Origin: a virus | Taxonomy: Duplodnaviria > Caudoviricetes | Strand: one strand, 5' to 3' | DNA: 64,000 bases | IMG/VR virus record: IMGVR_UViG_3300021400_000045 | Coordinates: 32,001-96,000 of that record | Part shown: positions 18,455 to 27,559 of the stretch, piece after piece | How positions within the stretch are numbered: the stretch's first letter is position 1 | Layout of the letters: each line of letters starts with the position of its first letter | Position numbers and translations under genes: made by a program | Notes under the pieces: generated by a model | The model's input: the letters and a program-made list of their open reading frames with translations, nothing else | Databases searched by the model: none | What the model was told of the DNA's origin: nothing

Positions 18455-18628
18455 ATGACCGTAAATGATGCCATGCGTGAGTTCCGAAAAGCCAAAGATG
18501 CAATCGACACACTCGACCGATACAGTCACGGCGAAATGCCAAACATAGCGGAACAGCACGTTGACGAGATACGCGAAATGCTGGAACATTATATGGATAT
18601 GATTGCAAAACTGAAGATAGTCGAATGA
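18455..18628 (+). CDS. cassette gene 5, 57-aa helical protein
   Basis: MTVNDAMREFRKAKDAID...KIVE*; bounded by repeats. Confidence 0.7.
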   Translation: MTVNDAMREFRKAKDAIDTLDRYSHGEMPNIAEQHVDEIREMLEHYMDMIAKLKIVE

Positions 18629-18648
18629 CTTAAATAGGAGTTTAATAC

Positions 18649-18849
18649 ATGACGAATGAAGAAGCGATAAAAGCTATAAGGGCAAATTGGCCACCAGAAA
18701 ATTACTCTATACTTCGTGAAGCATTGACGCTTTCCATTCGTGCTCTTAGTGAAGAAGATCAACATTCAAAAAGTTGCTCTTACTATGCAGAGAACGGCAA
18801 GAAACCTTGTTGCACTCATGATTGTGATGGGTGTGTGTGGTATGTTTAA
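18649..18849 (+). CDS. cassette gene 6, hypothetical Cys-rich protein
   Basis: MTNEEAIKAI..NWPPENYSILREAL...; bounded by repeats. Confidence 0.75.
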   Translation: MTNEEAIKAIRANWPPENYSILREALTLSIRALSEEDQHSKSCSYYAENGKKPCCTHDCDGCVWYV

Positions 18850-18876
18850 GGTTGACTTAAATAGGAGTTTAAGACA

Positions 18877-19197
18877 ATGGGAACCGTACAAATAAACAGA
18901 CAGGCAAAGTATAAGTCAGAGGAATATACAGATCTGGAGATGCCGTCTGATGATATGGATGACTATCTGGAAAACTATCACAGCAAACTTGTTAAGGCAA
19001 GAAAAGAAACCAAGTGTCATTACTGCGGAACAACTATCAAAGCAGGCGATCAAGCGCTGAGTGAAAAGTGCTTTATCGATGGCAAGCCTTATTACATCCA
19101 TGACTGTCTTGACTGCGTGGAAGACGTCATAAAAGGATGGGATGACGAGGCACAGACCAGATGGGAGCAGAGAGCAAAGGAATCGGGATATATTTAA
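18877..19197 (+). CDS. cassette gene 7, zinc-binding protein
   Basis: KARKETKCHYCG..I..GD...CLDC; bounded by repeats. Confidence 0.75.
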   Translation: MGTVQINRQAKYKSEEYTDLEMPSDDMDDYLENYHSKLVKARKETKCHYCGTTIKAGDQALSEKCFIDGKPYYIHDCLDCVEDVIKGWDDEAQTRWEQRAKESGYI

Positions 19198-19226
19198 TGA
19201 TCGTAATCAAAATAGGAGGTTAAATC

Positions 19227-19349
19227 ATGGAGAAAGTAGCAATCGAGTTCACGAAAGAAGAGTTCGACAAAATCATTGAGTTTATGGATGGTGGCGAATA
19301 TGAAACCGTCCAGCAGGCTATTATGGCGGCAGTCGAAAACGCAGGATAA
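19227..19349 (+). CDS. cassette gene 8, 40-aa peptide
   Basis: MEKVAIEFTKEEFDKIIEFM...; bounded by repeats. Confidence 0.65.
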   Translation: MEKVAIEFTKEEFDKIIEFMDGGEYETVQQAIMAAVENAG

Positions 19350-19369
19350 CTAAAATAACACTTTTATAC

Positions 19370-19440
19370 GCGGTGCCTGGTTCTCAGCAAGTTCGTTCGC
19401 ACTACTGGGCTTAATTTTACGTTCGATTCGTAAAGCCGCA
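19370..19440 (+). ncRNA. tRNA-like structured element (non-canonical)
   Basis: T-arm TTTACG-TTCGATT-CGTAAA, closing stem GCGGT/GCCGC+A, internal stem GCCTGGT/ACTGGGC; no canonical D or anticodon arm. Confidence 0.45.
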
Positions 19441-19461
19441 GTCAATTCTATGAGGTGAAAC

Positions 19462-20634
19462 ATGCCAAACTACACCATGTATCACTGTCACAGCGATTAC
19501 AGTCTGCTGGACAGCTGCACCAAGTTCGATGATTACATCGCGCTTGCCAAGCGGGACGGCATGACGGCTATCGGGTCTACGGAGCACGGTCTCCCCAGGG
19601 GCAACATTCATAAGATGATCGCCTGTCAGGAGGCTGGCCTCAAGTTTCTCTACGGCGTCGAGGTCTATCTGACCAGATCGCTGTCGGGGGACAAGGTCAG
19701 GGATAACTACCACACCGTGCTGATCGCGAAGAACCATGATGGCATGAAGGAGATCAACCTGGCCGTCAAGCTGGCGTCCAGAGACGACCACTTCTATTAC
19801 CAGCCGCGCATGACCTTCGATGAGCTGACCCGGCTGTCAAAAAACGTCATCGTGATCTCGGCCTGTATCGCGTCGCCCATGAGCAAGCTACCCGTCAGCG
19901 ATCCTGACTATCAGAAACTGCTCAACCGTTACGATTATCTGGAGATCCAGCACCACGATAACCCCGATCAGGCGGCGTACAACCAGCACCTGTACCAGCT
20001 GTCGCTGGAGACGGGCAAACCACTCATCGCTGGGACAGACACCCACTCTTCCACACCGTACAAGGCAGAGTGCCGCGACCTGCTGATGCTTGCCAAGGGC
20101 AAGTCCTTCCCCGATGAGGAGACATTCGACCTGACCTACAAGACCTACGATGAGCTGGTGGCAGCCTACGAGAAGCAGGCCGCGCTCCCCCGTGATGTCT
20201 ACCTTCAGGCGCTGGAGAACACCAATGTCATGGCGGCAAGCGTAGAAGAGTTTACAGTGGACAGGAGCAATAAGTATCCCATCTCCTATGGCTCCGCCGA
20301 AGAGGATGTGCGGAGGTACAGAGAACTGACCTGGCAGATGTTTGAGGATAAGCTGAAGAACGGTGTGATACCGAGGAGCCAGGAAGATGCGTTCAGGAAG
20401 GCGATAGAAGAGGAGCTCGCTACGTTTGAAAAGCTTGGCATGTGCGGCTTCATGCTGTCAGAGAGCGAGCTCATTCAGTGGTGCCATGCCAACGGCATTC
20501 CGACCGGCCCTGCCCGTGGTTCTGTCGGCGGTTCGCGGGTAGCCTATGTCACGGACATTATCGATATGAACCCAGAAGACTACGGCACGATTTTCAGCAG
20601 GTTCTGTAACGAAAATCGTGTAGAAATCGGTGAT
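19462..20634 (+). CDS. dnaE: DNA polymerase III alpha subunit, exon 1 (PHP domain and start of palm)
   Basis: HCHSDYSLLDS, STEHG, GVEVY, TDTH, GPARGSVGGS, FSRFCNENR..GD. Confidence 0.93.
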
Positions 20635-20959
20635 TAACCTTGGTCACCCTTTGCAGTAATGCATCGAAAATAAGCTGGTGAACCAACACATGTTGGGTGT
20701 GCGGCAATTGCCGTGCTAACGGTGAAAGCTAAACCGAGAGGCATGCTAATACCGTGGTAAGCCTTTGGGAAAGGAGGTAACCATAAGGTTAGCTGTGGTT
20801 ATCGGCTTATTAAGCTTCCGAAGGAAACTGTAACGACTATCCAGACAGGAGTAGCGTAACGGTGAAATTCCGTTATGTGAAGCGCCAGCCTCCGCAACTA
20901 TGCGGATGAAGATATAGTCTACTCCCCTAATAAATATCGGGAAACCGAGGGTATAAAGG
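20635..20959 (+). mobile_element. group I intron (ORF-less, 325 nt) in dnaE
   Basis: 5' exon GGTGAU pairs with IGS GTCACC (U-G at splice site); P3 GCTGG/CCAGC; P7 GACTAT(20835)/ATAGTC(20914); ends in G; removal restores in-frame GD|IDTD. Confidence 0.9.
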
Positions 20960-22972
20960 ATTGACACAGACCTGATCGACACCGATAGGACGAAGGTATT
21001 CCAGCATATCATTGAAAAGTTCGGCGAGCGCAAGACGGCCCGTGTTTCGGCCTATGGCACGGTCGCTGACAAGGGCGTGATCGACGACATCTGCCGTGGT
21101 CTCAAGACACGCTGGGTGAAGGAAAACCGGAAAGACCTGAACCCCAAGACATTCAAGGATGAGATGATTCCCGAGTGCCCGTTCACACTAAAATCGGCGG
21201 ATAAAATCAAGGCCGAGTATATGAGCAACCAGACAGCCGCCAGGCAGAAATATCCCGACGTCTTCTACTACTTCGATGGCACGGTCAACACCATCGTCAG
21301 CCAGTCCATCCACGCCGCAGGCATCGTCATCTCTCCGGTCACCCTGGACGACAACTACGGCACGTTCTGGAATAACGGTGAGCACTGCCTCCTGCTCGAT
21401 ATGGATGAGGCTCACGACGTGGGCATGTGCAAGTATGACATGCTGATCCTGACGAACGTGAAGATCATCGCCGATACCTACAAAGCGCTGGGGAAACCGT
21501 TCCCTAAAACGCACGAAATCGACTTCAATGATCAGGCTGTATGGGAAGACATGCGTCGAAGCCCTTACGGCATCTTCCAAATGGAGAGCTCGCTTGGGTA
21601 CAACTCCCTGTGCAAGATGAAACCGACCAGCATCAAAGAGATGGCGTTGTTGACTGCGTCAATCCGTCCGTCTGGAGCGTCATACAGGGACGATGTGTTT
21701 GCCCGAAAGGTACACGCCAACCCCACCAAGGAGATGGACGAACTCTTTAAGGACAACTTCGGCTTCTGCGTCTATCAGGAGGACATCCTGCGTGCTCTGA
21801 TCGAGCTTTGCGGATTCAGCGGCAGTCAGGCAGACACAGTGCGGCGAGATATCGCAAAGAAGAATCCTGAGAAGGTCGCCAAGGATATCGTACTAATCAA
21901 ACAGGGATATATCGAGCGTTCCAATAAACCGATGGAAGAGGCCGAACGCGATGTGGCAGACCTGCTTCAGGTCATTCAGGACGCCAGTGGGTACTCCTTT
22001 AATAGCTCGCACGCAGTCGCATATTCCATTGTGGGCTTCATGTGCGCCTATTGCCGCTACTACCACCCCCTTGAGTTCTGTACCGCCTACCTGAACGGTG
22101 CTCACTCACAGGACGATATCGCCCACGGCACACTGCTGGCACAGCTTTATGGCATCAAGGTGGCGTCGCCAACCTTCGGCCACTCCAGCAGTGAGTACAC
22201 CTTTGACAGGGCTACCAATACCATCTATCAGGGGCTGGAGTCAGTCAAGGATCTGTCGTCAGGTATCGGCGAGAAGCTGGCAGAGGTGGAGAGCACCTTT
22301 GCTCCTACCGGCAAAAACCGTTTTATGGACGTCGTCTGGGCGCTGAAACTTGCCGGTATCGGCAATAAGCAGATCGAGATACTGATCAGCATCGGGTACT
22401 TCAAGGATTTCGGCAACCCCAACAAATTACAGAAAATATTTGAGATCGCGTCCATGCTCAAGTTCGGCGAGCTGACCTGGCTCTCCAACGAGAAGAAGAT
22501 CACAATCTTCGGGAGCCGCGACGATGAGGTTTCCCAGTATGCCGAGCGCAGGACGGAGAAGAACTGGCGCGTTAAGGATGGCAAAGGCCTGATCGGTCTG
22601 GTCGAGGATATTATCCAGAAGCAGGACATCCAGCCGCCCGCCCTCAGTGACAGGCTCGCAACGTGGAAGGAATACCTGGGCTACGTCCCAGCGCTGGGCA
22701 GCAACTACCGCTCACTGCTCTATGTCTCCGAGCCTCCGCGCCCGCTATATGCCAAGAAGTCGGGTAAGCTCTGGGCGTACAGCGTTATGGCAATTTCGCT
22801 CAGAACTGCCGAAGTGCATGAGTGGACGATCCCCAGAGAGATGTACGTACACAACGTTCGCGAGGGCGATCTCCTGCGCGTCATCGGTGGTAAGAACGGG
22901 TATATGAAGAAAGAGTACATGGGCGTGATGCGATATCATCTGCTCGACTATCAAATCGTAGATAACTTATAA
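20960..22972 (+). CDS. dnaE: DNA polymerase III alpha subunit, exon 2
   Basis: IDTD, SIHAAGIVI, KYDML, GIFQMES, IRP, VYQED, YSFNSSHAVAYS, YYHPLEF; spliced product about 1061 aa. Confidence 0.93.
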   Translation: MDTDLIDTDRTKVFQHIIEKFGERKTARVSAYGTVADKGVIDDICRGLKTRWVKENRKDLNPKTFKDEMIPECPFTLKSADKIKAEYMSNQTAARQKYPDVFYYFDGTVNTIVSQSIHAAGIVISPVTLDDNYGTFWNNGEHCLLLDMDEAHDVGMCKYDMLILTNVKIIADTYKALGKPFPKTHEIDFNDQAVWEDMRRSPYGIFQMESSLGYNSLCKMKPTSIKEMALLTASIRPSGASYRDDVFARKVHANPTKEMDELFKDNFGFCVYQEDILRALIELCGFSGSQADTVRRDIAKKNPEKVAKDIVLIKQGYIERSNKPMEEAERDVADLLQVIQDASGYSFNSSHAVAYSIVGFMCAYCRYYHPLEFCTAYLNGAHSQDDIAHGTLLAQLYGIKVASPTFGHSSSEYTFDRATNTIYQGLESVKDLSSGIGEKLAEVESTFAPTGKNRFMDVVWALKLAGIGNKQIEILISIGYFKDFGNPNKLQKIFEIASMLKFGELTWLSNEKKITIFGSRDDEVSQYAERRTEKNWRVKDGKGLIGLVEDIIQKQDIQPPALSDRLATWKEYLGYVPALGSNYRSLLYVSEPPRPLYAKKSGKLWAYSVMAISLRTAEVHEWTIPREMYVHNVREGDLLRVIGGKNGYMKKEYMGVMRYHLLDYQIVDNL

Positions 22973-22976
22973 GGAG

Positions 22977-23189
22977 ATGGTGCCTATGCAGAGCCAGCGG
23001 GCAAGCCCTACTATCCAATCCCTGAAAGCCGAGATCAAACGGCACGAAGCGCTGGAGCGCAAGCTGTTTGAGGTGCTGGTCTGTGTCCCCATCCGAAAGA
23101 CGACAGACATATATGAGGAGCTCTGGAACTACGCAGAAGAACAGTCCGGCCTTGTGCCTGACGAGGAGGAATTCTATGACGACTATTGA
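22977..23189 (+). CDS. hypothetical protein
   Basis: AAGGAG RBS; fills gap in operon. Confidence 0.6.
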   Translation: MVPMQSQRASPTIQSLKAEIKRHEALERKLFEVLVCVPIRKTTDIYEELWNYAEEQSGLVPDEEEFYDDY

Positions 23190-23200
23190 GGTGATTATGT

Positions 23201-23908
23201 ATGATCAACGGCAAGCTCTATATCGGCGCTGACAACATCGCAAACGGTTGGTTCACGGCACGCAACATAAAGCCCGACGGCCACCGCAACAAGCTCCGCG
23301 TCGCCGCCAACGGCCAGAGCGTTTACTACGATCTCAGTCTCTACGGCGTTGACGGGGAGGAGACCTTTCCCCTTCAGTTCGGCGACGGGCGCTATACGGT
23401 GGAGCTTTACCGCAACACCAGCGGCTCGCGCTATGCCGTCATCGGCAAGGTGAACCTGAACGTCAAACTGTCCAGCCCCACAGCACCTTACCTCCACCCG
23501 AACCAGTACGTCGACTATACGTCTGAGTCCCCTTGCACCCTCAAGGCGGCGGAGCTGTGCAAAAATTGCACCTCGAGTGCCGAGCGCGTGACACAGGTCA
23601 GGAAATGGATAGAGTCCACTATCGTGTACGACTTTGTCAAAGCCGCCGTCGTGGGCAAGAGCGTCCTGCCTGATATCGACGACTGCTTCCGGCGGCACAT
23701 GGGCATCTGCCAGGATATCGCCGCGCTGATGGTAGCCATGCTCCGGTCTCAGGGCATTCCGGCCTCGCTGGTCATCGGGTACGCTGACACCAAGTATCAC
23801 GCCTGGGTCAGGGTATATATCGACGACGAGGTCAGGACGTATGACCCGTCCGCAACCATCATCCACAAGAAAAACGTGAAGAAGTACACCGCCCAGCGGT
23901 GGTATTGA
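23201..23908 (+). CDS. transglutaminase-like domain protein
   Basis: GICQDIAALMVAMLRSQGIPA.LV.G...HAW..V...YDPS (Cys-His-Asp triad). Confidence 0.85.
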   Translation: MINGKLYIGADNIANGWFTARNIKPDGHRNKLRVAANGQSVYYDLSLYGVDGEETFPLQFGDGRYTVELYRNTSGSRYAVIGKVNLNVKLSSPTAPYLHPNQYVDYTSESPCTLKAAELCKNCTSSAERVTQVRKWIESTIVYDFVKAAVVGKSVLPDIDDCFRRHMGICQDIAALMVAMLRSQGIPASLVIGYADTKYHAWVRVYIDDEVRTYDPSATIIHKKNVKKYTAQRWY

Positions 23909-23920
23909 TCGGAGGTTTGT

Positions 23921-24595
23921 ATGCAAGTAGAACTGCTTTCCCACACCATTGACCCGTTGTTTACCTGTGAAGAAGCGGCATGCGAGTGCTACGACTCCGT
24001 GCCGGACATCGAACATCCTACGCGCATCCTCAGTGCGTGTATCAAAAGCGGGCATCAGTCCGTCGCCGAACACGCCACATTTACCTTCAAGATCAGTGGC
24101 ATCAGCCGCGCCTGTCTGGCCCAGCTTACGCGCCACCGTCTCGCGGCGTTCTCCGTGCGCTCCCAGCGCTACTGCAAAGAGGATGATTTCGGCTACGTCA
24201 CGCCGCAAACCATCGCTGACAACCCCGACGCCGCAGAGATCTACCATGAGCTGATGAACACCATCAGCCACGCCTATACCTATCTCACGGACAAGTGCGG
24301 TATCCCCAATGAGGATGCCCGCTTCGTGCTTCCCAACGCCTGTGAGACATCGCTGACCATGACCGTCAACCTGCGCGAGCTCATCCACATCTGCCACGAA
24401 CGCCTGTGCAACCGCGCCCAGTGGGAGATCAGTGAGCTGGTACAGCGTATGGCAAATTGCGTGACTGATGTTGTCCCAGAAGCAGAGGTCTGGCTGGTGC
24501 CCAAGTGCGAGACAAACCCAGACTATCCCTTCTGCCCGGAGCGCAACAGCTGCGGTCGCCATCGCAAACTTTCGGAGGTGTACGAAGATGAGTGA
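23921..24595 (+). CDS. thyX: FAD-dependent thymidylate synthase
   Basis: GHQSVAEH, ISRACLAQLTRHR..FSVRSQRY, EDARFVLP, RAQWEI. Confidence 0.95.
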   Translation: MQVELLSHTIDPLFTCEEAACECYDSVPDIEHPTRILSACIKSGHQSVAEHATFTFKISGISRACLAQLTRHRLAAFSVRSQRYCKEDDFGYVTPQTIADNPDAAEIYHELMNTISHAYTYLTDKCGIPNEDARFVLPNACETSLTMTVNLRELIHICHERLCNRAQWEISELVQRMANCVTDVVPEAEVWLVPKCETNPDYPFCPERNSCGRHRKLSEVYEDE

Positions 24596-25040
24596 TGCTG
24601 TCAACCATCCCGCCTATTACAATCGCGGGAGCGTGGAAGTGATCGATTTTATTGAGGACTGGAGACTCGACTTTTCAATGGGCTCCTTCGTCAAGTATAT
24701 CAGCCGCGCCGGTCATAAGAAAGACGCCGTCGAAGACCTGAAGAAGGCAAAGTGGTATATCTGCCGCTTTGTGGATCATCCGTCTGAGCCAATGCCTGAT
24801 GAGTGGGGTACATATGACTGGCGTGAGTTCGCAGAGTCCCAGGGATGTGATCCGGAGCTCTGTGTGGCTATGGATATCGCGCACAAGATCTATCGCGGCG
24901 ACGACGCGTGGTGGCTCCGTCTGAATGACGTGACCGCCCTAATCGACGTGTGCATTGCTCGGTATGAGCATCCACAAAACAAAGAACGCTATAAAAATAT
25001 TGAGCACGGTGTGCTCGAAATGGGGAGTGATAACAAATGA
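24588..25040 (+). CDS. DUF3310 domain protein
   Basis: AVNHPAYY...EVIDFI...KYISRAGHK...EDLKKAKWY. Confidence 0.85.
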   Translation: MSDAVNHPAYYNRGSVEVIDFIEDWRLDFSMGSFVKYISRAGHKKDAVEDLKKAKWYICRFVDHPSEPMPDEWGTYDWREFAESQGCDPELCVAMDIAHKIYRGDDAWWLRLNDVTALIDVCIARYEHPQNKERYKNIEHGVLEMGSDNK

Positions 25041-25240
25041 GTTACAAACTGTATGGTCTTCATGGGTGCGGTATGTGCTCCGCGCTCGAGCAGCGCATGA
25101 AGGTTAAGAAAATTCCTTATGAAAAGATTGAGGATATGGAGCAGATTAGGGCGCTGAACCTCGATAGCATCCCGGCGCTTGACGCTGGTGGCAAAATTAT
25201 GTATTTCCCCGAAGCAGTGAAATTTCTTCAAAACGCATAA
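25037..25240 (+). CDS. glutaredoxin/NrdH-like protein
   Basis: CGMC active site, 67 aa, upstream of nrdD. Confidence 0.7.
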   Translation: MSYKLYGLHGCGMCSALEQRMKVKKIPYEKIEDMEQIRALNLDSIPALDAGGKIMYFPEAVKFLQNA

Positions 25241-25252
25241 TTTTCAGAAAGG

Positions 25253-26689
25253 ATGATTCAACAAATGGTTCCCGATAAATACGAAAGATACAGAGCTGAT
25301 TTGAATTTTATCAAGAAATACAGCAAGGCCGTCAATGCCGCTACTGGCAGCGAGGTCGATGCCAATTCCAATGTCAGCAACAAGAATATCGCCACGATGG
25401 CCACGGAGATTCACAAGAAGGCCAACATCTACGCCAATCGTCTGGCGATGCACGACAAAATCAAAGAGCTTTACGGCGAAGATCTCGCCGATGAATATAT
25501 CAGACAGCTTGAAAACCACGAGATATATAGACACGACGAGAGCGGCACGCCGATTGGAACGCCCTACTGCATCAGTATTACTATGTACCCGTTCCTGCTT
25601 AACGGTCTTAGTACTCTCGGCGGTTCCAGCACGGCTCCTAAGAACCTTGACTCTTTCTGCGGCGGTTTCTGCAACCTGGTGTTCCTGATTGCGGCGCAGT
25701 TCGCTGGGGCTGTGGCAACTCCAGAATGGCTGGCGTATATGTCTTACTTCCTGATCAAAGAATACGGTGAAGATTACTACAAACGCGCAGACGAGGTTGT
25801 AGAACTCGGCAATCATCCGCGTACGATCAAGGATATCATTCATGCGAAGTTCCAACAGGTAGTTTATACGCTTAATCAGCCCGCCGCCGCTCGTGGAAGT
25901 CAATCAGTCTTCTGGAACGTGGCCGTGTTCGATGAACCATATTTCAAGAGCCTGTTTGAAACATTCTACTTCCCGGACGGTACGGCGATGGTCGATATCT
26001 GGGACTCTGTCAATTGGCTTCAGAAGACATTTATGAAATGGCTGAACCACGAGCGCACAAAGAAAGTAATCACCTTTCCTGTTCTCAGTGCAAGCCTTTT
26101 AAACGATGGAGAGAAGTATGTCGATCAAGAAATGGCCGACTGGGTGGCTCAGATGTATTCCGAGGGAGATAGCTTTTTTACCTATACGAGCAATTCTGTT
26201 GATAGTCTGTCAAGCTGCTGCCGCTTGAAATCCGAGATCCATGAGAACACCTTCAGCTACACTCTCGGCGCTGGCGGCGTTGCCACTGGCTCCAAGTGTG
26301 TTATGACGATGAACCTGAACCGCCTGGTGCAGAACGTTGCACGGGCTAACCCTGAATGCATTGGCGATGAACTGTTCCCGAAAATCTCTGAAGCTGTAGC
26401 CATCCAGACAGAAAAGATCCACAAGTACCTGACTGCCTTTAACGAGATCCTCAAAGAGATGCTCGCCAACCATATGCTTCCTGTATATGAGGCTGAGTAC
26501 ATTTCTCTTGAAAAGCAGTATCTCACAGTCGGCACGAACGGTCTGAATGAGGCAGCTGAGTTCCTTGGCATCGAGATTTCTGACAACCAGCTTTACCGTG
26601 ACTTCGTCGAGGCTGTCTTCCGTCCAATCTCCGAGATCGATAAGAGGGACAAGACGAAGGAAATTATGTGGAATACAGAACAAGTGCCT
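25253..26689 (+). CDS. nrdD: anaerobic ribonucleotide reductase, exon 1
   Basis: IYRHD...PYC, QFAGAV, LNQPAAARGSQS, TFPV, SSCCRL, GSKCVMTMNLNR. Confidence 0.92.
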
Positions 26690-27559
26690 CGCCACTAATC
26701 TCAAGTGGGCACTATAAACCCGATCTAATTGACTTGGAACTCCCTCTGGGACAACAAGGGGCAAGCGTAATGGTAGCCTGAACGACTAAATGATTGGGCA
26801 CACGAAAGTGTGATGCGATAGTCTGAACTGCATGGCAACATGCAGAGGCGCGATCAGGTGTATCCAGACACCTTTGGAAGAACCGCGCCCGTCTGATAAT
26901 TATTATTCCATATAGAAGGAGGTGATATATATTGAAATGTAATTACTGCGACAGAACGGATAATGATTGCAGAATCCGTAGATTGCATGGCGAATATCTT
27001 TGCCCTAAACATTACTCGCGTCTCTATAGAAAAAGTGATATGCATGGCAGAAGTATATACGATGCTAATGATTATGTTTTATATGACGATCACGCAGAGA
27101 TAATCTTGAGAGACAAGAAGTGCAATGAGGTGGCACGAGCGATTATTGATCTTGATGACGTAGAAAAATGCAAGCAGTATAAGTGGCATGCAAGAAAAAG
27201 TCTGAACCACAAAGGCTACTATGTTATTGCATCATTGCACGGACAAAACAATGAAAAGCTTCACCTGCACAGACTTATACTTGATTATTACGGCGAATTA
27301 GACGTAGATCATATAAATAGAAATTCATTGGATAATCGTAAGTGTAATTTAAGGGCAGTAGACCATAGTACTAATGCTGCCAACAATAATCATACTGGTG
27401 TTAGGCAGGCTCCTAGCGGCAGATGGACGGCGTCTTGTACTCGAAATTATAAATCAATATATATCGGTACTTTCGATACTCAAGAAGAGGCGCTTGCAGC
27501 ACGCAGAAGCTTTGTTGCGGCACTCGCATCATAAACAATTATCAGATGGTAACAGATTG
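26690..27559 (+). mobile_element. group I intron (870 nt) in nrdD carrying a homing endonuclease
   Basis: exon GTGCCU pairs with IGS GGGCAC; P7 GACTA/TAGTC; ends in G; removal gives in-frame EQVP|AENLG. Confidence 0.9.
26932..27534 (+). CDS. HNH homing endonuclease with AP2-like C-terminal domain
   Basis: LHRLIL...VDHINRNSLDNRKCNLR; GV...GRW.A...IYIGTFDTQEEA..AR; GGAGGTG RBS; AT-rich. Confidence 0.9.
   Translation: MKCNYCDRTDNDCRIRRLHGEYLCPKHYSRLYRKSDMHGRSIYDANDYVLYDDHAEIILRDKKCNEVARAIIDLDDVEKCKQYKWHARKSLNHKGYYVIASLHGQNNEKLHLHRLILDYYGELDVDHINRNSLDNRKCNLRAVDHSTNAANNNHTGVRQAPSGRWTASCTRNYKSIYIGTFDTQEEALAARRSFVAALAS

Larger units (their letters stand above)
17471..19368 (+). repeat. nine dispersed copies of ACT(T/A)AAA-TAGGAG-NTTA delimiting eight single-gene cassettes
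   Basis: TAGGAG cores at 17478, 17839, 17989, 18112, 18440, 18635, 18862, 19213; terminal variant ACTAAAA-TAACAC-TTTTA at 19349-19366. Confidence 0.9.

Noticed and set aside
17471-19368. CRISPR array or classical integron (attC) reading of the repeats
   Set aside because: Repeats are only about 19 bp, spacing is irregular (about 120-360 bp), and each spacer is a full ORF. There are no cas genes, attC hairpins or IntI.
23195-24604. Long antisense ORFs (e.g. 23195-24604, 49870-51363, 35593-36573, 37667-38794)
   Set aside because: They are shadows of well-supported opposite-strand genes in GC-rich DNA, with no RBS or motifs.
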